Shown here: positions 18,574-29,767 of the stretch, in pieces
Position numbering within the stretch: position 1 is the first letter of the stretch
How the letters are laid out: each line of letters starts with the position of its first letter
Source: Chrysomallon squamiferum
Lineage: Eukaryota > Animalia > Mollusca
Length of the DNA stretch: 64,000 nt
Direction of reading: 5' to 3'
Assembly: GCA_012295275.1 (NCBI GenBank)
Contig: CM022673.1
Location: 27,094,001 to 27,158,000, forward strand
Position numbers and translations under genes: made by a program
Notes under the pieces: model-generated
The model's input: only the letters and a program-made list of their open reading frames with translations
What the model was told of the DNA's origin: nothing
Databases searched by the model: none

Positions 18574-21500
18574 CTGAAACAAAACAAACACAACAGTGCA
18601 ATTATCATAAAATGAAAAATAATACGAATATACACATTAATCTTTCTAACGCAAGTGTAATAATTCCCCCGAAAAAAAAATAATAAAAAAAAAAGAAAAA
18701 AAAAAGAGAAAATAATTAATTGTACATCCCTACACACCAAACAAACATAAATTCTGTTTAACACTTCTCAACTGTTGTAATTTCATCAAAAATTAAATAA
18801 TACATACATGTTAATGCAGTATTCAAAACCATGTTAGTATACGTTCAAAATATAAAACGACAATGGTATTATTAAAGATGATGACATATTAGTTCAAATA
18901 CTTTGTAAATGTGTTTGTCAGGAAATGCTGTAATTGCCACAAGCAAAATATCAAACAGAACATTATTTCACAATGTTTATTCTACCAGCGAAATATACAC
19001 AAGTATTAATAATAAATGATAAAAAAAATTATTAACAGGTTAAACAAATTTTATATTAATAATTATAAACTTAGTAAAAGCAGGTAAAAAGATAATAATA
19101 ATAATAATAATAATAGTAGCAATAATAATAACAGCAATAATAATAGTAATAACAACAATAATAATAAAATAAAGAATAATAAATAATAATAACAATAATA
19201 GTATAACAATAATAATAATAGTAATAATAATAACAATAATAATAATAATAACAACAATAACAGTAATAATAAATAATAATATAACAACAACAACAATAAA
19301 AGTACACACTTGAGCCTGGCATCAGTTGCTGCCGATGTTCCTGGTACGATGGATTTGATGAAGATTGGAAGTGAGCCGTGGCTGCTGTCTGTGCCACCCA
19401 CTATAGAGAAACCAAGACTACCACTGGGACTACGCAGCAACGTGATCGACTTGTACAGCTGACACATTCTGAAAACACAAAACAGACGTTTACATCTGAG
19501 ACATTCCGAAAACACAAAACAACATTTACATCTGTCTGACACATTCTGAAAACACAAAACAGACGTTTAGATCTTACACATTCTGAAAACACAAAACAGA
19601 CGTTTAGATCTGACACATTCTGAAAACACAAAACAGACGTTTAGATCTTACACATTCTGAAAACACAAAACAGACGTTTAGATCTGACACATTCTGAAAA
19701 CACAAAACAGACGTTTAGATCTGACACATTCTGAAAACACAAAACAGACGTTTAGATCTGACACATTCTGAAAACACAAAACAGACGTTTAGATCTGACA
19801 CATTCTGAAAACACAAAACAGACGTTTACATCTGACACATTCTGAAAACACAAAACAGACGTTTATATCTGACACATATGCTACAATACAATCACATAAT
19901 CTATATAATGAAATCATATACACAATCACATTATTATTATTTTTTGAAAAAGAAAAAAAAGATGTATGTCTATAAATTTCATTAGAAATTTTCTATCTTT
20001 TTTGTATCACAAAAATGACATTAAGAAATTTAAAAAACAAGAATAATCAGCAATGTACTTCAATATTAAAATTAGCTCAATTTCTTAAATTTATATTTAA
20101 ACATTTTATTTTAACATGTTTCTTTTTTAAATGATGATAATCGTCTCCTACTTTGGCATTTTAAGCCAGAAGAGCCAGGATGGAACGAAGTTGTCAAGAT
20201 TCGTGGAAGTCTCTGGTCCCTCGATGATCTTCAGCATCAACAACTTGGTCTCAGCCTGAATCTTCAGCTGGTTAACAGCTTCAGCGTGCGTCAAGTGCAA
20301 CAAACTTGTCCCACCTATAGACAGCAGAACATCACCTTTCTGAAGAGTTAAAAAATAATAATAAAAAGGATTTATTAAAAAAATTAAATAAAAAATAAAA
20401 ATAAAAATTCAGTACCTTTTAATATTGTGAACTATGAATTATGAACTATCCACAATAAAAAATTTTTCTGAACAAACAAGTTTTATTTTGTATTTTAAAT
20501 ATTAAATAAAGTAACATATGCTAACCTTAACTTGGCCAGTTCGACCAAGACAACCAGATGAATTTATGTTGGTGATGTAAATTGGTGTGTCACCATGGAA
20601 ACTGGACACCCCCCCAGCAACACTGATACCAAGGCTCTCTGCAGGATTCTATAAATAATAATAATTTTGTTAATATGCATATTTTAAAACATTAATATAT
20701 ATATAATATAGATAGATAGATTATAGATAAAGAACTAGACATAACTATAGATATATAGATATAGATATATACAGATATAGATATAGTTATAGAGATAGAG
20801 ATAGACAGATAGACGTTATTAGAACAACACTGATAAATATGTACCAGTTAAGATTTTTGCTTTATTCGTTACCTTGACAACAGTTATAAGTCTCTCGTTG
20901 CATTTTCTGCAAAGAGGAGACTCAGGAATATCACAGTTGAAGCTAGCACCAGTTTTCACAGGGTCGGATGAGGTAGATCGGATTATGTCAGGTGTCTGAG
21001 GGCGGCTTGTTCGAGAGATCACAAACTGAACTTTGTCTGGAATAGACTAACAACAGAGAAGAAACATCATTAAAATTTAACAATTAAATATTTCAGGTCT
21101 TAATGCTTCATGTTAATATACACCTATTGAGCAGAGTTTTTCTTATAACTAACAGGAATCATGGATATTTTGAGACTAATAAATAAAGCCCACCATTAGT
21201 CTTAAATAAAGATAGTGATCCTGATCATCCTTAAAATTAATGGTAACTATTCTGAAAATAAATAAAGACCACCATTATTCTTATTAATGGTAACTATTCT
21301 GAAAATAAATAAAGACCACCATTATTCTTAATAAAGGTACTGATCCTGATCATTCTTAAAATTAATGGTAACTATTCTAAAAGTAAACAATGACCACAGT
21401 AATTCTGTCAGGTATTAATGAGCATGAAAATTTAACACTGACCACTGACACTGATTTTCAAAACATTTCTATAATGCGAGGCATTTCTGAAAATTAACTG

Positions 21501-22132
21501 AAACAGTGACTCTGAAAATTAATTCACCATGATCATTTTGAAACAATGACTACAAACACACACTTAAAAGTGTGGTCAACTAAAAATGAACAATAAAAAC
21601 GGTGCAACCAAGCAGTACACCAACCTGTATAATTTGTGCAGCTTGCTCCTGTGTGCCATACGACACATCCTGGCCGTTGATCTCAAGGACACGGTCATCT
21701 GGTTTTAAGCGTCCATCATAGGCAGCAGTACTACAAGGGACCAAACTGAGAATGTACACACCTGTTCCACTTCTGAAATACAAAAAAAAAACAGTCTTTG
21801 AAATATAGCATGTAAAATTTTAATATCTTATTTTATCTGTGTAGATGGATACAAAAACTATAATGTAAAATGAAATAAAGTAAAGAAGAGTTTTGAAATA
21901 TTAATTTGCAGTTGTCTCCAAATTTCTCTGAAGACTGTTAAAAGGTGCATATGAACTAAAATTCTTTGTTTTGCTTTAGGTGTGACTAAGGTACTAACAC
22001 ACTTGCTAAAGAAGGTCACAAATCATAAACTTTCTTACCTCTTGCCAACAAGTTTTATTCCTAGCTGCCTGTTTTTCATTTTGGTTAAGGTTATTTTCAG
22101 AATTTCTGCAAAAGAAAACAAAACTGATGAAA

Positions 22133-22167
<35 letters not shown>

Positions 22168-22879
22168 ATCTTCCACATATTACATATTTTTATCCTTGTT
22201 GTCTTTCTATTCACTACATTATTCTGTAAATCTGAAAAGAAGATGTGTCTTCAGTGTGATGGACATTATTTCCAGAACAAAACAAGTTTCATTATAACAA
22301 AAAATAACAAACAATTCACAAGCTTCTTACTAAAATAAATAAATAAATTAAAAAACGGTGGAAAAAAAAATATATAAAAATATTTTGAACCACCTATACA
22401 ATTACGAAAGCAAAAATACATTAAAATGTTTGTGTGAAAATACATGTGTTTGGCTCTTACCTTCTTTTTCAATGGGCCTGACTTCCTCGGCTCTCTCTCT
22501 GTAAACTGTGAGGCGACAGACAGGAAAGTACTGAGCTAAAGCATTGCGGGACTGATAGTGTGTGGCTTGAGTCAAATCTTCACCATTCACCTGCAAGTTA
22601 AATTTGGTAATATTTTGTTTGTTGTTTTGAAAAAATAGATTTATTAGAATATTTGTATTACTTTAAAAAAAGAACATATTCCTGTTGTTCGTGACTGTGA
22701 GAAAATGTTAACATAAAATATTCAGCTAGACTCAGTTGGGTAACATTCATAGATTTATTTTTAAAATTTTATTAATTATTATTTTAATGAGACATCAACT
22801 CATGCAAATGATATTACTGGAAATCTACCCACCATAAAATAGCAGTAGTTTATGATTTTAATTAGTCATGTGTTTCATG

Positions 22880-22920
<41 letters not shown>

Positions 22921-23726
22921 AATATAATACTAAAACATTATTACACATCAAAAAATCATCTCAACAGATAGTCTTTATCTGTACTTAATAAACAACCTTC
23001 TTGTTTCTTTTGCTTATTTACTAAAAACAAAAATTACAATAACAACAGTAATAGTAACTACAACAACAACACATACTTCTAAAATTTGATCCCAGGTAAC
23101 AGTCGGCCATCTTGATCGACGATGCCTCCTTTGATAATTTCCTGAATGACAATACAAATCAAGGGTGTGTCACATCCTCCGACAATACTGATACCCAAGT
23201 CATAGTTTGGCCTGGCTGCTTTGTCTTCTGGAGGTCTCTGAATCTCAATTGTGGAAACTTCTCCATCCAGAACAGGATTCTTACCTAGTTAGAAAAATAA
23301 AGTGGAATATGTCTGTTTACAAACTAATGCAATATTTTAGATTTTTCGTGAATAATGATTTCTGTGCTTAATTGGTTTCAAGACGTTGATAAAATAAAAT
23401 TTTAAAATGGACAAAAACAACCAAAAAAAGAATAAAACAACAAAATTAAATAAAGAAATAAATAAAAGCAATAAAAAATAACATTTTATGCTTATATTAT
23501 TTTATTTATCAATATTAACATTATTATGGTTACTTTTATGTTTATTATTTAGGGAATTTAACAAAAATAAATACAGAAATCAATAACAGCCTCTCATTTT
23601 TTATCTTTTTTTTTATTTTTTTTTTTTTTTTATTACAGAAGAATAAAAATAGGAAACTAAAAGGAAATCACTAAATATTTTGCAAAAATTCAAACAGCTC
23701 TAAAGACAGTGGTAATTATCCAAAAC

Positions 23727-23772
<46 letters not shown>

Positions 23773-26700
23773 AAATTTAAAAAAAAAATGAAACCACCAC
23801 CTCAGCAAAAAAAAACCTATCAACTCAAAAGGATTATCCAAAAAGGTAAAATAAACTAGACAAATCTGTGAATTTGTCTTACTGGCTTGCTGGTCCCTGT
23901 ATGGACACTCCCAGAGGTGACTCTGTAAGGCACTGCGTGGTCCCTGAAATGAACAGCCCAGCCCAGACTTGATGCATCTCATCACCGCACCTCGACATCT
24001 GAACAAGATGAAAATTTGTAAATTATAATTTCAACATGTGAAGATGATATAAATTTATAAATTATAATTTCAACATGTGAAGATGATATAAATTTGTAAA
24101 TTATAATTTCAACATCTGAAGATGATATAAATTAAAATTTCAACAAACAAGATGAAAATTTTAAAAAATTTCAACATGTGAAGATGATATAAATTTATAA
24201 ATTATAATTTCAACATGTGAAGATGATATAAATTTGTAAATTATAATTTCAACATCTGAAGATGATATAAATTTGTAAATTATAATTTCAACATCTGGAC
24301 AAGATGAAAATTTGTAAATTATAATTTCAACATCTGAAGATGATATAAATTTGTAAATTATAATTACAACATCTGAAGAAGATATACTTTTGTAAATTGT
24401 ATATTTCAACATGAAGAATATATAGATTTGTAAATTATAATTTCAGGAAAATCAGTTGGGTAACTGCAATATATACATCACGTTTCTATGTGATCAGAAG
24501 TTTTGGAAATCTTTGTTAATAAATGTATATGATTTTAAAATAAAGCTTGCCTGAAAATTGTATATTTTATATATAGTCTGCACAACATTAATAAAATATC
24601 AGTGAATATAGACCATTTCAATATTCTTTTATGAATACATTTTTTTCAAATAAAGATGCATCTGAAAGTACAGTTTATGTAGGCAACTACACTGTAACTG
24701 TATTTGGTCAATTTATCCACACAGACCAAATACAACAACAACAACAACAACAACAACAAAATAATAATAATAATAATAAATAAATAAATAAACAAATAAA
24801 ACAACTGACCTGTGAATCAGATGTGCTTCCAGTTCCGACCGTGTGAGCACTTCTTCGCAGTAATCCACATTGGGACACACAACCAACAACTTGTCCAACA
24901 ACCTGAAAAACAAATAACAATAAATAAAGTAATAAAATGAAAGAAATATATATATCATCATAACAACACATTAAGAAGCCATTTTTAATTTTTTTTCCTA
25001 AGTTGACTGATCATATAACTGACTGGTAGATCGGCAAATTTATTTTTGAAATGAATGGAAAATAATATTATTTTGTTATATTTTTGTTTCTTTATAAAAA
25101 CAAAACTATTTGGATAGTAAGTTTCAAGTAGCTTATTTAATTTTATAGTATGTTATTTTTGTAGTACACATTTATGGAACAGTCAAAATGTATGAATGAA
25201 TGAAAGAATGTTTAACAACACCTCAACATGTTCAATATCACAATAGTAACAAGATATAAAATTTCAGCAGCCACCAAAAAAAGATAGTAATAATAATAAA
25301 AAATAAAAAAAAGATATAAAACCTTCAAAGATTTTATATAAAATTATACTCCTATGCTTCATTAACTAATTTTGATTAAAAAAGATCTGTGCTGAATTAA
25401 TCTGAAACAGACACGTAAAGACAACACTGCGGCAAATCAATAATTTTCATTATACCACCATTACTTCTTTCATCAGTAATGCAGATTATACAGTGAACTT
25501 ATTAATAATCTTAATAAAAACAATCACCTGAATGGGGTTAATACAACAGTATCTTCATTTTCCTCATACTGCGATGATGAACGTTTATCCATAATATAGT
25601 GTTAAAAATGTTAATACAGGGTTATAAAGAAAACAGGTTCCCACAAAAAGGCACAACCCTGGCAACATGTTGCAAATTTCTAGTTAAAACATTCATAAAA
25701 GATTTCTAAATTAAAATATATATGTGTGTATATAATAATATATATATATATAATAAACAGAAATAACTGTTGCCTTTTTAGATAATAACCAGGGAATCGA
25801 TAAATTCAGCCAAAAGTAGAAGTCACATTATTATTTTTTTTTTTTTTTGTCCTTTACAGCCAACCAAAATAATTTCAAAAGATGTTCTTATTAATAGATG
25901 GCGAAATTTGTATAAAGAATCAACATTTGTAACTCAATAGCAGTCTACATAATAACTTCTAGAATAAATTTCATCACAGTTAAAAAACCAGACACCATGA
26001 AAGTAGACATCTCTTCTGCGAATCATCACCGACAACAGCAGACACATTTAATTCCAGTCAGCAGACGCGATATTCAATAAAACTTCCATTTTAACCCAGA
26101 ACTAATTTTCCAGCAGAAGAAATCCTTCACAAGCAAAAAAATCAAATGAACTTCTGGCAAGAAAGACATCATCACAGTATTGAACACACACATACGCTCA
26201 CATCAAGTTTGTCAGCAAAGAAAACAATGCCTATCATTACACTAATTGGTACTACGAGCAGTTTCAAAGGAACTTGACTCTGGAATTAATCCCACGAGAC
26301 CAGGCTAAGGACAAACATGAACTCGTGCCATTGCCTACGAGTGATTATAACATATATATACGAGCTTATTCTCGAAGTATGTCAGAACTGCTGTGTTCCT
26401 GGTTCACAACTATTGACCAGACAACAGGTGTTGCAGCTAGAACATGTGTCACCATCCCTGTGTTAAAATGAACATTCTAATTACATACTACGCTGATATA
26501 TCTTAATCAATATACAGCTGCGATAAGCATTCATATTCATTTTTTATGTGACAAGTTGACCAGTTTGCTGAAACTTATATGGAATAAACAAAAACAAAAG
26601 CAAAATTCGAAAAGATATTTAGTTTGGTTTTATAAAAATGTTACAGAGAAATAGTTTAAATATGTGGTAATAAAGATACAAAAAAAAAAAAAGAGAGAAT

Positions 26701-28993
26701 AATACAAATAAAATAAAAATCAATATAATACATTATGTTACACAATGCTATTATGTTACTATAACAACCAAGTCCTACAGATAATAAAATACTGAAAAAA
26801 TATTAAAAAAATAAAAAATAAAATAAAATAAATAAAATAAAATAAAAAATATTTAATAGTAAATATTCAGTCTATTTTATTTCTGAAATAATATTATATC
26901 ATTTTGTTTGTTGTATTTCAAAAATTTTTCATGTACTAAAAGCCTGTAGTTTTAGAAGTCTAAGCAGGTCCACTTAATTGTGGAGTATTTCTAAACAGAA
27001 AATAAAAACTTGGTGATTACTGCAGCATTCTGATCAATACTTTCCACTACCAAGCAAACATGAATTTAACTTTTGATTCCTGCACATACCTGAGTTCATG
27101 TTTGTGAAGGCATCATGAGAACAACTCCCCACTGATCAATGAATTAACTAACTATACAAACAATCAGAAACCTGACATCATAAAAACTCAGGTGAAACAT
27201 ATCCTTCAGGATTAAATCCATGTTGAGTTAAAGCTACTGTAACATGAAGAATGATTGTGGTTTGAAACATTTAATGATGAAAACAACTGATGCTATTAAG
27301 ACACTGAACTCAGAATATACTTCTGTGTTCTGGTAAAAAAAAAAAAAAAAATGCATATTCAATCTGATGGAAAATAAAATAATAATAAAAATATTTTTAG
27401 ATGTTACTCTTTATAACTTGCATAAAAGAAATAAACTCAGTGGTTTAAAAAACAACTTTTGATAATTGTTTTAATTTTATTTTAATTTTATTTTATTTTT
27501 TTAAATATGTTTCACACAATAAACAAAATCTGCAAATCCTCATATAATATTTTGTATCAGGATCTGAATATCATAAAGATAAAAGAGAACATTAACAATA
27601 CAAAGGCTCTTGTTCCTTTGAAAAAATGATCTTATTCACCTTTATGGATAATAAATAAATTATACAGGTACATTATGAAGATCAGTTTCAGCATCAATCA
27701 AACTGTGACAGGTAAACAATTATTTCTTTTTTTATAACTAATCAATTGATGGATGTCTGGTTGGGAGTTAAATGAAATTCAAGCTATTTTCTTTTATTAT
27801 TATTTTATTTTATTTATACTGAGGGAATTGTAACAATTGATCTACCTGTTTATTTTGGTACCTGCTCTAGTGTCACCTGGTTGTTCTAACTATAAAAAAA
27901 AAAACGCTATTGATTTTTTTATCCATTACAATGAACTCATTTATCTGCCAATCACAACATGTTTGTTATTACATTATATTTAATTATTATTCAGTCTAGG
28001 ATTTATAAAATATATAAAAAAAAGAAGCTTATTATTATCTTGCTACTGACTGATTTTGCTGTTTTAAAAAAAAAAAAATTTGTTAATAATATATTCACAT
28101 TCTGTATAAATATTTCAGATAAACACCATTTACAACTTGAAATAACAACAACAACAACAACAACAAAACAACAATAATATCAACCCCAAAGCAATAACAA
28201 ACCCACTTGAGAATTAATTTAGAATCATACCAGATTTCAATTTTTATATTTTTCTTTCTGTCACTGCAACCTCATAAAGAATCCAATGACACTTTTCACA
28301 ACAGAACAATAAAAAAGAATGAACAGAGAGAAAGAAAAAAACAAGAAAGAAAGAAAAAACAAAACAAAACCTATAATTTTTATAAGCAGGTACATGAATA
28401 TATAATTACGTGTCATGGCTAGGGTATGCTAGCATGCAAAACCACTATCCATCATCAGCTAACATTAATCATAAATATGCCTCATTATCACTTTGTATTT
28501 CATTCTGACAGACGAGCATTAGCCTGAAGAAGAACATGTGCTTTCAGACAGTTAACAAATTACCCTATTTATCTCATCATAGTTAGCCTTTTTTCTTCTT
28601 CTTCTTCTTGCGTTTTTTCATTTAGCAGCACTTAACTTAAATCTGTCTGCAGGCATAAAGCTTATCACTGTACCCAACAGACATTTTGTTATTATAGCAC
28701 AAACACAGAGCTGGTTCGTCAAAGTCCAGATTAAGTTTTGGGTCTTTTTGGGAAAGGGAAGATGCATGAAAAAAGATCCCTTGCTGCTGATCAAAAAGAG
28801 TAACTCTTGAAATGATTGCAAAAGTTCCTTTTCTTCTTTTACCATTATTCACAATGTTACAGATGACATTTAACAACTGCTTAAAAATTTAAAAAAGAGG
28901 AAAAAAAGAAAATTAAAAAAAAAATGCTTAGAAGTTTAGAACCCTTATTTCATTCATGCCCATATTTATTTATATTTAATATTTCAACTTTTA

Positions 28994-29035
<42 letters not shown>

Positions 29036-29717
29036 TTATAATACATACTTAATGTCCACTTCACTTTTTATTTAATGTCTGACATTGACTTAGGAAGTAA
29101 TGAAGAATAAAAAAAAGGTCTAGATGATGAGGAATATAAAGTAGAATACAAGATCAAACAGACTATCAAGTATGCACAGCAACACACAAGCTGTAATTAT
29201 TATACCAGATAATGCCATAGGAGTACCTGCTTATCATGACTTTGTTTCTCAACAAACATCAATAATAGTGGCTACTTAGTCTGTGATATAGAGAATCTAT
29301 CGGAATAAAATCACAACTCTTGTTACTGGATTTGCAAGTCTGTCATTAACTTATTTCCACTGATAATGCCAGATAATAGATAGTGATTATTTAGAAGGCC
29401 TCAGTATTGTGAGGTTAACAGAAAGAAATCAAACAGTTCTGTTGATATAATTGTCAGTAACAATAAAAGCTTGGAAGAGAGAAGGAAAATGATCAGAACA
29501 AATCAACAGACTATTATATTAACTATTAATTTGATTTCATTTAAATATATATAAAATAATATATATATATATTTTTTAAATTATTAAAACAATTTTTATA
29601 TTTTCAACTCCTGATAAAAAAAAAAAAAAGAACAACAAGTTTTCACAAAGCATAAAAGCCAACAGTAAACATTTTAAGGTTTAGCCCTTTTCTTCTCTGT
29701 CTAATAATTATCAACTT

Positions 29718-29767
<50 letters not shown>

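Noticed and set aside
19040-19397. Poly-Leu/Ile/Tyr ORFs here and similar ORFs at 1122-1339, 4837-5124, 11619-11957, 47347-47562, 50432-50794, 60873-61248
   Set aside because: They are translations of microsatellites or intron read-through from real exons, with no independent coding signal.
19461-19877. CRISPR-like array (37-bp periodicity)
   Set aside because: Units are contiguous with no unique spacers, there are no cas genes and the context is a eukaryotic intron; it is a minisatellite.
24161-24412. Repetitive 83-aa ORF ([13 protein letters not shown])n
   Set aside because: It is the translation of the 39-bp intronic minisatellite in a non-LNX frame.
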